This document shows positions 37,194 to 46,969 of a stretch of 64,000 nucleotides of DNA, one piece after another. A program made the translations under genes and the position numbers. The stretch is from contig CAZIIU010000014.1 in the NCBI GenBank assembly GCA_964539395.1, positions 8,304 to 72,303 on the forward strand. The letters run 5' to 3'. Every line of letters starts with the position of its first letter. Position 1 is the stretch's first letter. The stretch comes from an uncultured Bacteroidaceae bacterium. Lineage in GTDB: Bacteria > Bacteroidota > Bacteroidia > Bacteroidales > GCA-2748055. The notes under the pieces were generated by a model. That model was not told the DNA's origin. It worked only from the letters and a program-made list of their open reading frames with translations, and searched no databases.

Positions 37194-37535
37194 ATGACAA
37201 AACAAATTGCAGTTCCAACCGACGATAATGGGGTGTTAGACACCCATTTCGGACATTGTAAATTCTTCATCCTGTTGCAAGTCAATGATGGTAAAATTGT
37301 CGCGGAGAAAAAGTTGACACCCCCGCCCCATGAACCGGGTGTTTTACCCAAATGGCTGGCGGAGCAGGGTGCAACTGATATTATCGCAGGTGGAATGGGA
37401 CAGAGGGCCATCCAGATCTTTAACCAGCAAGGAGTAAATGTTTTCGTCGGAGCCCCGCAACTTCCTGCCAGAGAGCTGGCTGAGGGACTGCTATCTGAAA
37501 AACTGACCTTTGCAGCGAACTACTGCGATCATTAG
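37194..37535 (+). CDS. NifB/NifX family protein
   Basis: IAVPT...HFGHC..F, PPPHEPG.LP.WL, IIAGGMG.RA, C-terminal CDH. Confidence 0.9.
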   Translation: MTKQIAVPTDDNGVLDTHFGHCKFFILLQVNDGKIVAEKKLTPPPHEPGVLPKWLAEQGATDIIAGGMGQRAIQIFNQQGVNVFVGAPQLPARELAEGLLSEKLTFAANYCDH

Positions 37536-37548
37536 CAGTATCTGATCC

Positions 37549-38421
37549 ATGACACATTCAATCGCTGTAGCATCTGGTAAGGGAGGAACTGGAAAAACGA
37601 CGCTGTCTGTTTGCCTCTACTACATTCTATCTGAGCAGTTGAACGGCAACATACAGCTGATTGACTGTGATGTGGAAGAACCGAATGTCCTTCTGTTTTT
37701 TCCTGCACCGGAGCTGGTCGAATCCAAAACAATTAATAGAGGTCTGCCTTTTATTAACCCGGATAAGTGTACGTATTGCAGAAAATGTGTGGAATACTGT
37801 GAATTCAATGCTATTGTTGTGATACCCCCGGCTGAATTTGCAGAGATTAACGCCGCGCTTTGCCATTCCTGCGGTGCCTGCCTTGTAGCCTGCAGGGATA
37901 ACGCGATCAGCGAAAGCGAAGAGGCCATCGGTGTGGTAAACAGATACAGGTTAACAAATGGATCGGGTATGCTGGAGGGAAAGCTCAGGATCGGATCCAC
38001 CATGCAGACCATGCTGATCAGGAACCTGAAGCGAAGCGTTCCCCTGCTAAACGGACTTACCATTTATGATGCTCCTCCCGGAACAAGTTGCCCGGTAGTG
38101 GAGACGCTCGTAGATACAGATTTCGTGGTACTGGTATGTGAGCCTACACCATTTGGACTCCATGACCTGCGACTGATGGTCAGTATTGTTAAAGAGATGG
38201 AAAAACCGTATGGGGTCGTAATCAACAAATCCGGAATAGGCAATAAGGAGGTATACAGCTACCTTGAAGAGCAGGGGTCTGCGATATTGGGGGAGATTGC
38301 CTACAGCAGGGATTTTGCCGCAGGGTATGCCGACGGATCCATTCTGACGGCAATACCGGACAAAGTAAGGGATCAACTGGACCACATTGCCGGCACAATA
38401 ATACAAAAACTGAAAGCATGA
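37549..38421 (+). CDS. MinD/ParA-type P-loop ATPase with inserted 2[4Fe-4S] ferredoxin (COG1149-like)
   Basis: ASGKGGTGKTT, DCDVEEPN, CTYCRKCVEYC, CHSCGACLVAC, DAPPGTSCP, EPTPFGLHDL. Confidence 0.9.
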   Translation: MTHSIAVASGKGGTGKTTLSVCLYYILSEQLNGNIQLIDCDVEEPNVLLFFPAPELVESKTINRGLPFINPDKCTYCRKCVEYCEFNAIVVIPPAEFAEINAALCHSCGACLVACRDNAISESEEAIGVVNRYRLTNGSGMLEGKLRIGSTMQTMLIRNLKRSVPLLNGLTIYDAPPGTSCPVVETLVDTDFVVLVCEPTPFGLHDLRLMVSIVKEMEKPYGVVINKSGIGNKEVYSYLEEQGSAILGEIAYSRDFAAGYADGSILTAIPDKVRDQLDHIAGTIIQKLKA

Positions 38422-39296
38422 AGGAAATAACAGTGCTCAGCGGCAAGGGAGGAACCGGAAAGACTAGTATCACGGCTGCACTGTCGGCCATAGCTGAGAA
38501 TGCAGTGTTTTGCGACAATGATGTGGATGCTGCAAATCTTCACCTGGTGTTGGATCCTGTTGAAAAAGAGAGACATATTTTTAAAGGTGCCTGGCTTGCA
38601 ACTATCGACACGGAATTGTGCTCACAGTGCGGAATCTGTTCATATTACTGCAGGTTCGATGCAATCAGGGATGGCGTAGATCATTGCTTCCACATCGATC
38701 CATTTAAATGTGAAGGATGCAGGTTATGCGAGCGTGTTTGCCCTGAGGGGGCAGTCTTTTCTGAAAGGAGCAAAAACAACCACTGGTTTGTTTCCGGATC
38801 GCGAATGGGAACGCTCGTGCACGCGGAGATGGGACCCGGGGAGGAGAATTCAGGTAAACTGGTCTCTGTTTTACGCGGGAAAGCCAGGAACATCGCACGT
38901 GAGGAACGGGCCGCATGGATCATAAACGACGGTCCTCCGGGAATTGGATGCGCAGCCATTTCATCGCTCACCGGCACTGATGCAGTGATTATAGTCACTG
39001 AACCGAGCAGGTCGGGATTGCACGATCTGAAGAGGATAGTTGAACTGATCGGTTCCTTTGAAATTCCCTCATTTGCTATTATCAACAAACACGACCTTCA
39101 TCCCGGACTTACAAAGGAAATCACAGCCTATCTTGAATCAGAGAGAATTCAGATCCTTGCCCTGATCCCATTTTCTGACACATTTACCCGTGCCATGATC
39201 AACGGCGTTTCTGTTATCAATTATGCACCCGGATCGGATATATCTTCCGTGATAGCTGACGCCTGGCATAACCTGAAGAAAAATCTGAGAGAATAA
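38418..39296 (+). CDS. MinD/ParA-type P-loop ATPase with inserted 2[4Fe-4S] ferredoxin (COG1149-like), second paralogue
   Basis: SGKGGTGKTS, DNDVDAANL, CSQCGICSYYC, CEGCRLCERVCP, GEENSGKLV, DGPPGIGC. Confidence 0.9.
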   Translation: MKEITVLSGKGGTGKTSITAALSAIAENAVFCDNDVDAANLHLVLDPVEKERHIFKGAWLATIDTELCSQCGICSYYCRFDAIRDGVDHCFHIDPFKCEGCRLCERVCPEGAVFSERSKNNHWFVSGSRMGTLVHAEMGPGEENSGKLVSVLRGKARNIAREERAAWIINDGPPGIGCAAISSLTGTDAVIIVTEPSRSGLHDLKRIVELIGSFEIPSFAIINKHDLHPGLTKEITAYLESERIQILALIPFSDTFTRAMINGVSVINYAPGSDISSVIADAWHNLKKNLRE

Positions 39297-39648
39297 TTCA
39301 ATCATGGTTGTCCTTGTGAATTTTCAGCACTGAACCATCCGCACAAAACAAATGTAGCTTAAATCTGGTCTGCCGCATGGGGGTTCTCATCCGGCCAGCT
39401 GTAACAGGTGTAAATCCGACCTGTTCGTTCAAATTATTTTTAACTGATCCGAATTGCATGTATTAAACAGTTTTTCAAAACAATATCTGTTTTATTATGT
39501 TTGAATAAATGAATTTAAATCATTCGTAAAAAGCATGTCTGATTGAAAAATAAAGGCAGGTGAAGGATTAATATCCAATGAGTCTGCCAGTTCTTCAGGA
39601 TGATTCACAGAATCAACATAATAGCCTGATAAAAACAATAGAAGAACG

Positions 39649-40719
39649 ATGAATGAATTACTGGAACATAACGGCAATAACTGGCAGAGCATCCTGCTGA
39701 TCAGCAGTATAGCACTGGTATTGGTCATTTCAATATATCTTGTCACCATTCAGCTCCTCAAACATATAAGTCACCGTAAAGACAACCGATTAGAAAAAGA
39801 TACGCACAAAAAGTTCAGGTTCCCGGTAGTACTTCTTCTGACAAGCATTGCGACAAGTCTCATTATCTCATCACTGGAAACAGGGATAGAAGTATTTCAA
39901 TATCTGAATCATTTCCTCAACCTGTTGATCATCTTTTCAATCACCTGGCTACTGATCAGGACCATTGGACTCGGCAAGGAGCTGATCTTAAAGCAATTCG
40001 ACTCCCGCGAAAAGGACAACCTCAAGGCACGGAAGGTTCATACCCAATTCAGGATCATTGAGCGCATTCTTATTGCAGTTGTGATCATTATTGCTCTGTC
40101 TGTTGCATTGATGACTTTTGAAGGAATCCGCAAGGTAGGTGTCAGCCTCTTTGCCTCTGCCGGAGTTGCAGGAATCATCCTCGGTTTTTCAGCGCAAAAA
40201 CTGCTTGGAAATATGCTGGCAGGCTTCCAGATTGCCCTTGCACAGCCGATCAGACTGGACGATGTAGTAATTGTTGAAGGCGAATGGGGCCGGATCGAGG
40301 AGATCACCCTCACTTACGTTGTGGTGAATATCTGGGACAAGCGAAGACTGATCGTTCCCACGACCTATTTCATTGAGAAACCTTTCCAGAACTGGACGCG
40401 GGAGTCGGCTGAGATACTTGGAACAGTATTTATCTATACCGACTATACCGTTCCATTTGATGAGTTGCGCGTAGAACTGACCCGCATACTGAAAACAGAC
40501 AAAAACTGGGATGGGAAGGTGAATGTACTGCAGGTGACAAATGCCACGGAAAAGACAGTAGAAATCAGAGCGCTTATGAGTGCGGCAGATTCACCGACAG
40601 CGTGGGACTTGCGTGTGCATGTACGTGAGAAGCTCATTGAGTACCTGCAGAAGCATCACCCTGAATGTCTGCCGCGGACCCGTTTAATTCTGGAGAATGA
40701 ACAAAAAGAAGGCAAATAG
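39649..40719 (+). CDS. Small-conductance mechanosensitive channel (MscS family)
   Basis: SLFASAGVAGIILGFSAQ, QPIRLDDVV.VEGEWGRIEEITLTYVV, PFQNWTR. Confidence 0.92.
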   Translation: MNELLEHNGNNWQSILLISSIALVLVISIYLVTIQLLKHISHRKDNRLEKDTHKKFRFPVVLLLTSIATSLIISSLETGIEVFQYLNHFLNLLIIFSITWLLIRTIGLGKELILKQFDSREKDNLKARKVHTQFRIIERILIAVVIIIALSVALMTFEGIRKVGVSLFASAGVAGIILGFSAQKLLGNMLAGFQIALAQPIRLDDVVIVEGEWGRIEEITLTYVVVNIWDKRRLIVPTTYFIEKPFQNWTRESAEILGTVFIYTDYTVPFDELRVELTRILKTDKNWDGKVNVLQVTNATEKTVEIRALMSAADSPTAWDLRVHVREKLIEYLQKHHPECLPRTRLILENEQKEGK

Positions 40720-40724
40720 CAAGC

Positions 40725-41303
40725 CTATTCCGGAACCTCTTTTTTCAGAAAATATACCGGCATACCGATTGTCTCATCATAAAACTCATCATATATTTCA
40801 AATCCGACATAGTGGTACAGTTTCAAAAGTTTCTCCACAGTTGTTTCGATGAGGACCGGAATACCCAGGTTTCGTGAAAGTTCATTTAAATGATCCCTGA
40901 TCTCAGCGAGTCCGCGTATACTGTTTGTTTCAGGGTCTTTCCCGAGCAGCCACACGTAGATGTAATCGTCTAGCCCCGGCCGCCTGCTCTCCACGTAATT
41001 TTCACGTTTTGCAGTTTCAATCAGCTTGTGAAGCTTGATGGTTCGCAGTAACATCCATCCATACTTCAAGTGATCGGTCAGCGACTTCTTATACCTGCTT
41101 TGCTGCCAGTATACAATGGCCGTGGTTTTATCTTCCGAAAGGTAAATACCGTTAACCTTCACGGCCAGATCGTATGCATAGGCAGCCATGATCTTCAGGC
41201 GCATCTCAGTTTTTCCCCTCCTCAGGATCGGTCTCAGCCGGTCGCTCTTCCTGAACGCCCCGGCCATGATCTCCAGCAGGATCTCTTTGTCTGCTTTCGC
41301 CAT
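40725..41303 (-). CDS. Hypothetical protein, GNAT-like fold
   Basis: YIYVWLLG, VLIETT....LY..VGF resemble GNAT motifs A/B. Confidence 0.6.
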   Translation of the reverse strand: MAKADKEILLEIMAGAFRKSDRLRPILRRGKTEMRLKIMAAYAYDLAVKVNGIYLSEDKTTAIVYWQQSRYKKSLTDHLKYGWMLLRTIKLHKLIETAKRENYVESRRPGLDDYIYVWLLGKDPETNSIRGLAEIRDHLNELSRNLGIPVLIETTVEKLLKLYHYVGFEIYDEFYDETIGMPVYFLKKEVPE

Positions 41304-41414
41304 AGAAGTTCAAAAATAGCGTTTTATTTCCGACAAGAAAGAGAATTACCCTTTTAAATTGTGCAGCAAATAGAGCTGAAAGCCACTTCTGTCAGTCTTC
41401 TGAATACGGAAGCT

Positions 41415-42833
41415 TTATTCATACTTCCACTTCAGGATCCACGGATCGTCGGTGCGTTTCTGGAAGTCTTTCATTTTTACGATATACGCATCGACCAGCG
41501 GCTTGTTCCTTTTTTTCTCAGCCAGGTTCACTGTCTCATGCGGATCGTTTTCAAGGTCGTACAGCTCAAACTTCGGCCTGTGGAGGTATTCACCCACAGT
41601 ACGCCTGCCATAGCTTGCTTTTTCGCCCTTCCTGTAGACCGACTGCCAGGTACTCGACCTCCAGAGGTCGGATGCGCTCGGATATTCGAGCGGATGTGCA
41701 ATATTATAAATAAACTTGTATTTTTTATCCCTGATCACCCGCATGGGATAGTACATGGTTATCTCATGAAATGTGTGGGAAGCATAGACCTCATCTGCTC
41801 CGGTGATTCCGGGATCCTGAAGCTCCTGAGCAAGCGACCTGCCGTGAAAGTGGCGTTCACCCGGGAAGAGACCCGCCAGGTCGAGCAGGGTGGGTGTCAT
41901 ATCCACCCAGCTGAACATATTATCTCTTACCTCTGCAGCATCCTTTTGTCCGGGAAGCTTGACAACACAAGGCAGGTTCATCCCCGGCTCATAAAGGGTG
42001 GTCTTGGCACCCGGGAACGCTATACCATTGTCGGAGATGTAGATGATAACCGTGTTGTCGTATTTTCCGGCCTCTTTCAGCATCTCCGTAAGACGACCGA
42101 CCCCCTGGTCGAGTCGTGACACAGACTGGTAGTATTGAGCCAGTTCGGCCCGGCATTCGTCCGTATCGGGCAGGAACGGCGGAACGATTACCTCACCGGG
42201 AGTATACTTCTGTTCGATAACCCCGGGGTAGAAATCATTCTCAAGGTTACCGAATGAATTAGGCCGCAACGGCCAATCCTCAAATGTATGGTGGCGGTGG
42301 GGATCCTCGGTACAATAGTAGAGAAAAAACGGTGCTGAATTGTCGTTGATGAATGATTCACAGACATTGGCCATCTGCACGGGGTTGCGATTGCTCGCAT
42401 TAAAAACATGCTGAAAATGATAGACCGATTTCGGAGCAAGGTGGTATTTTCCTACCCTGGCCGTACGATAACCGCCATTTTCAAGATAATGGGTAAGGCT
42501 CTTTTCATTTTCAAGCGTACTGAAGTGGTGGTATGAATGGTTATGGCCATAATGTGCTGTGGCATGGTTGAACTTGCCGGTAAGCAGTACCGAGCGACTG
42601 GCACTGCAACTGGCACTTGTGCAGAAGGCATTGGTAAAGCGCATGCCGTCTGCTGCAAGGGCATCAATGGCCGGGGTTTTTATAACCGGGTTTCCGTAGC
42701 ATCCGAGTGCATCCATTCCATGATCATCTGAGACGATCAACACGATATTCGGACGTTCTTGTGCAAATGAAATGCAGGGGTGGAGTAAAAAGGCGATCAG
42801 GAAGAGGAAAATTTGTCTTATCATGGCGTTCAC
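41415..42833 (-). CDS. Secreted Cys-type (formylglycine) sulfatase, N-sulfoglucosamine sulfohydrolase-like
   Basis: RPNIVLIVSDD, SCSASRS.LLTG, GKYH, DPH, SDNG, AKTTLYE.G, HTFHE...YYPMR, ELYDL..DP.E..NLA; TATATTTG at 42901-42908 upstream. Confidence 0.9.
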   Translation of the reverse strand: MNAMIRQIFLFLIAFLLHPCISFAQERPNIVLIVSDDHGMDALGCYGNPVIKTPAIDALAADGMRFTNAFCTSASCSASRSVLLTGKFNHATAHYGHNHSYHHFSTLENEKSLTHYLENGGYRTARVGKYHLAPKSVYHFQHVFNASNRNPVQMANVCESFINDNSAPFFLYYCTEDPHRHHTFEDWPLRPNSFGNLENDFYPGVIEQKYTPGEVIVPPFLPDTDECRAELAQYYQSVSRLDQGVGRLTEMLKEAGKYDNTVIIYISDNGIAFPGAKTTLYEPGMNLPCVVKLPGQKDAAEVRDNMFSWVDMTPTLLDLAGLFPGERHFHGRSLAQELQDPGITGADEVYASHTFHEITMYYPMRVIRDKKYKFIYNIAHPLEYPSASDLWRSSTWQSVYRKGEKASYGRRTVGEYLHRPKFELYDLENDPHETVNLAEKKRNKPLVDAYIVKMKDFQKRTDDPWILKWKYE

Positions 42834-43378
42834 ATCTAAAAATTCGTTTTAATTCAAAATGGTTCCGGTTCTTTCAGGACCATTTCCTTATAGCTTCATG
42901 CAAATATAGCAAGTTTTTCCAGTAGCAATTTTTTCATTCGAAACAATTAGGTTTCACCATTGTATTATTTAAACTGTTTTCCAAGTCTTTGTCCCGGCGA
43001 GGATATCAGGCCTAATCCCGGGATCGACCTCAATGCAGAGAAAGCTTACTTGAAGTCCTGCCTCCGGCAAAAACAGCTGTAGTCCAACAGATCACCTGTA
43101 GTTAGAATGATAATTATATTGTTATATACTAATTAGTTAAATAAATACTTTTTACGTGAGAAGGGATAAATGATACAAAGATTATTATGAAATTTATCAA
43201 CCGGACAAACATATCCTACTGAAAGTGGCAAAACAGACCGTACTGATCAGCTTTTTCAGGTACCTTCCAGGTCAAAAGCTATGGGCCATGATGCAAATGG
43301 TGATCATCCCACGCCGACACCTCAATCCGCTTAGCACACCTTGCACGCACTGCCTCCCAGGGAAAGTCGACCGTAACA

Positions 43379-43531
43379 TTCAGGCTGGAAACAAATCGCC
43401 CCGAACCTGGTTGCTACCAGCTTGAATTCAGGCTGGAAACAAATCGCCCCGAACCTGGTTGCTACCAGCTTGAACTCAGGCTGGAAACAAATCGCCCCGA
43501 ACCTGGTTATTACCTGTTTAAGCTCAGGCTG
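43379..43531. repeat. 48-bp intergenic tandem repeat, ~3.2 copies, internally palindromic
   Basis: CAGGCTGGAAACAAATCGCCCCGAACCTGGTTGCTACCAGCTTGAA.T starts at 43381, 43429 and 43477 (third diverged at its 3' end); partial at 43525. Confidence 0.92.
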
Positions 43532-43704
43532 CTAAATAATCTGTATTTCAGGCAACTCCAAAAAACTGAATAAGTCAAAAAGAAGGCAGCAGCAGGTAAA
43601 GTTAAAAAACAAAACATAAATACAGACCGGAAAATAACCGGGCCTCCTCACCCATATTGGCACGATTTTGGAATAATAGAAAGAGAAAGATTATATTTGT
43701 CCTT

Positions 43705-44967
43705 GTGGAAAAGAAGAAGATCAAAATTAACAACATCAATGCTGTTATACTCCTATTGAAATCTGATCCTCCTCCAATGGAGGAGTTTCAAAAGTGGAAA
43801 AACCTGAAAATCAATATCCTCTCATTTAATCAAACTGCCGGCGAACCAACCAGGAAACATTACAGCACTGAAAAGAATGACTTTTCTATCACCCATATAA
43901 CTTCAAAAATGGAAAAGTCACGCGTCTCCGCGAGGTTAAGAAAAATCATAGCTGAAGAAGAATTAAATCCCGGACTTACGGTTCTTTTCGCAGACGATCC
44001 CGATTTGATCAAGGCATCCAGAAAAAAAGGGTTGTATTTAATTGCCGGTATCACTACGGGGGAAACCACTAAAAAATCGATGTATGATGCAGGAGCTCAC
44101 ATTGTTATTGAAGGGCTTGATAACATCCGGTTATTTAAAGGTACGGAAGGGGCCAAACCGGAGTTTTCCCAACATATTCCGGGACTTTTCGAACAAATGG
44201 ATCATTTTAAAAGCCTTTTGAGCAATAAAAAACCGGTATTTTTTCTCGATTATGACGGCACCCTCTCCAAAATTGTGGATAATCCGAAAAAAGCAATTCT
44301 GAACGACAATACCAGGCGCCTGTTGCATGAATTGGCGAATATCTACACTGTTGCCGTTGTAAGTGGTAGGGACAAGTCTGATATCCAGTCATTTATTGAA
44401 TTAGATAATATTATTTATGCGGGCAGTCATGGTTTTCGCATAACCGGACCAGGAGGCATGCACATGGAAATGGAAAGTGCCCGGGAACTGCTACCCCGAC
44501 TGGACCAGATGGAAGAAGAGCTGACAAGGAGTCTGGAAAAGGAGATTCCTGGCGTTCTGATCGAAAAGAAGTACTTTGCAATTGCCATTCATTACAGGAA
44601 TGCCCCGCGTGGCTCCTATTCGCGAATAATAGAGCAGGTAAAAACCACCATCGGTGCAGATAAAGATTTTAAGATCGGCCGTGGAAAGAAACTACTGGAG
44701 ATTAAGCCTTCCCTGAACTGGCATAAGGGAAAAGCACTCGAATGGATCATGGAACAGCTGAATTTTTCATGGCCCGAGGAATACCTGCCCCTATATGTGG
44801 GTGATGATGTCACCGACGAAGATGCATTCCGAACCCTTTCTGATAATGGTATCGGAATAATTGTAGGACAGCACAGCCTGCTCTCGGCAGCAAATTACCG
44901 GCTGGAAAATGTGGATGAGGTGGATGCATTTATTAAATACATTGTAAATCAGTATCAAAGGAGATGA
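43705..44967 (+). CDS. otsB: Trehalose-6-phosphate phosphatase with degenerate N-terminal HAD-like domain
   Basis: FLDYDGTLS.IV, VVSGRD, YAGSHG, IHYRN, WHKGKA, YVGDDVTDEDAF. Start uncertain (GTG 43705, ATG 43777, TTG 43657). Confidence 0.85.
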   Translation: MEKKKIKINNINAVILLLKSDPPPMEEFQKWKNLKINILSFNQTAGEPTRKHYSTEKNDFSITHITSKMEKSRVSARLRKIIAEEELNPGLTVLFADDPDLIKASRKKGLYLIAGITTGETTKKSMYDAGAHIVIEGLDNIRLFKGTEGAKPEFSQHIPGLFEQMDHFKSLLSNKKPVFFLDYDGTLSKIVDNPKKAILNDNTRRLLHELANIYTVAVVSGRDKSDIQSFIELDNIIYAGSHGFRITGPGGMHMEMESARELLPRLDQMEEELTRSLEKEIPGVLIEKKYFAIAIHYRNAPRGSYSRIIEQVKTTIGADKDFKIGRGKKLLEIKPSLNWHKGKALEWIMEQLNFSWPEEYLPLYVGDDVTDEDAFRTLSDNGIGIIVGQHSLLSAANYRLENVDEVDAFIKYIVNQYQRR

Positions 44968-45111
44968 TGCTAACTTCCCGTATGCACATTTCAACTGGTT
45001 TCCCTCAACCTGTACAACCGACACCGGCACCCACTAAAGATGCGTTGGTAATTCAGACATAAAAAGGAGGAATTTATCTCGCGAAATACAGCTTAATGAT
45101 GGCAACAACGG

Positions 45112-45942
45112 CTATCCCTGCTTTCCGGTAATAATCACATATTGTCGTCGTTTTCGGAGGAGGCGGATATTCAGCTCTACATTAATGGCGTAGAAAGTTT
45201 TAAGTACAGTGTCGCTGATAAAATGTTTCTTCCTCATGGTCTTCAGCCAGTAAGGGTAACGCATGAAGCTTCTAACGACATTGTCAGAGATGTCTTCAAA
45301 CTTTTCAACAGATAGTCCCGCCCGGTTAAACGCCTCATCGTATGCATCTTCAGTCCAGTGATTCATGTGCATATTTTTTTTCCATGACCGGCGTATGATC
45401 CGATTTCTCCGTGGCCTTTTCAAGATATCTGCGATCAGGAAATGTCCGCCGGGTTTCAGCACCCGCCTAACCTCACTTAAGAATGCAGGCTTGTCGGGAT
45501 AATGAAAGGCACTTTCAATGTTCAGCACAAAATCATAAGAGTTTTCAGGAATTTCCCTGAGGTTTTGTGCATCTCCAACTTCAAAATTGACATCCTTTAA
45601 TTCCAGCTTTGCTGCCTCCCCTTTCGCAATTTCAATGTTTGCAGGATTCAGATCAACACCTTTTATGAAAGAGGGTCCATACTTCTGCAGAATATAGATC
45701 GACTGCACCCCGTTACCACATCCGATCTCCAGCATCGATTTCCCCTCTGCCGGAGGCAGCTGGCGCATACAATAATCGGTCAGATTCTTCTGCGCAGTAT
45801 AAAAGCTGTCATCCTCATTCACATAAAAGGGATAGTGCAGCATCGTATACTCCTCATTCAATCGCCTGAGGGCCTCATTCATTGATCTGTAATAACCGTC
45901 GGTTGTAAAACCCGACTTCAACATGGAGATAATCCCTGACAT
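45112..45942 (-). CDS. Class I SAM-dependent methyltransferase
   Basis: LEIGCGNG, GVDLN, GDAQNL, NIESAFHY, RVLKPGG. Confidence 0.88.
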   Translation of the reverse strand: MSGIISMLKSGFTTDGYYRSMNEALRRLNEEYTMLHYPFYVNEDDSFYTAQKNLTDYCMRQLPPAEGKSMLEIGCGNGVQSIYILQKYGPSFIKGVDLNPANIEIAKGEAAKLELKDVNFEVGDAQNLREIPENSYDFVLNIESAFHYPDKPAFLSEVRRVLKPGGHFLIADILKRPRRNRIIRRSWKKNMHMNHWTEDAYDEAFNRAGLSVEKFEDISDNVVRSFMRYPYWLKTMRKKHFISDTVLKTFYAINVELNIRLLRKRRQYVIITGKQG

Positions 45943-46395
45943 AGATTTTTATCTTTATCTTGTTTATTATGATGATACTTCCATCATAAAAATTTTACCG
46001 GACCGGCTTAAAAAATACCGGGTGCAAAGTAAGTCATATTAATACATGGATCAAAATTTATCTCAAAACACTTACAGTTCCCTTTATGATCCATATAGAA
46101 TACACAAGCTGACCCTCAGAAAACCAAGATAAACAAACAGAAAAACCTACGTTATACTCAGTGAAAACAGATTAAATGGAAAGCACAACAAGCTTAAAAC
46201 CGCATTAAAGTATAACCCGCCTCCAGGTAAATACCTTGTCGGCCGTATGCACTATCAAAAAAAAGTTGCCTGGTATTATGTCTTATATACAGAAAGCCTG
46301 TACCCTCTCACCGGTCTCCCAATATCTTAAATATTTTTGGAACCACCTTGCACCAGGCTGATCCGTCGTGTAACTGCCCGGTATGGTTCAATGTG

Positions 46396-46587
46396 CTAAT
46401 CGGTCCGTTTTATGATCTCGGCTTTACGGTGACCATAAGGGAGCGATCCCCCCTCCTCTTCCTTCAATTGCTTCCATGCACGCGCAATGATCAGATCATC
46501 CACATCACTCTTCTTACATGGCACCTCCACCACATATTCCTCATAGGCATAAGTGGCGATATTTAGTTTTACAATTGCTTTTCCCAT
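46396..46587 (-). CDS. Small hypothetical protein (63 aa)
   Basis: MGKAIVKLNIATYAYEEY... has natural composition; isolated ORF in otherwise non-coding DNA. Confidence 0.55.
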   Translation of the reverse strand: MGKAIVKLNIATYAYEEYVVEVPCKKSDVDDLIIARAWKQLKEEEGGSLPYGHRKAEIIKRTD

Positions 46588-46969
46588 TGTACTGCATATT
46601 AGGTAAGTCAGATCAAACATACTAAATTCCGTTGAATTCTCATATTATTTTCTTCCCGACAGCATGCAACAGCTGCAATTGTCGTCGCATACCGCTGTGA
46701 TGAGTTCACCTGATACCCCCGAATGGATCTTCCGAAGCATCAGCGAGGAGAGCATAAAGAATCAATCCGGCTGGAACCCTGGTTAGTTCCGGTCATACAA
46801 CCAGGAGGCTTTTTACGGGCAGCAGCAGGACGGGCAACGTGACCCGGAGCTGTTCCTTCCGTCCTCCTGAAACATATTAAATCATGCGATGTTATATCCT
46901 ACAAGACCGGCAGTGTAGAAAGTTTTCTGAAAGTAATTACCTTTACAGTACTCAAAACGATCTGATAAA

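Noticed and set aside
36297-37535. Nitrogen fixation genes
   Set aside because: NifX-like domains occur here without nifHDK or nifEN; context is ORP-like.
41361-42119. 252-aa plus-strand ORF
   Set aside because: Antisense shadow of the sulfatase gene with no recognisable motifs. Other long shadow ORFs (13778-14671, 25362-25964, 3082-3618, 33465-34001, 54298-54822) were rejected likewise.
43379-43531. CRISPR array
   Set aside because: Units are contiguous with no unique spacers and no cas genes are present; the same applies to the repeats at 11141-11310 and 34485-34606.
45112-45942. Glycine betaine synthesis methyltransferase (GSMT/SDMT)
   Set aside because: Only generic class I SAM motifs are visible and no partner methyltransferase is adjacent; substrate cannot be assigned.
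46810-46872. SRP (4.5S) RNA on the minus strand (CAGGAGGACGGAAGGAACAGC)
   Set aside because: The GGAA loop lacks the UCC/GGA closing pairs and AGCAG motif; only generic hairpins are seen in this GC-rich gap.
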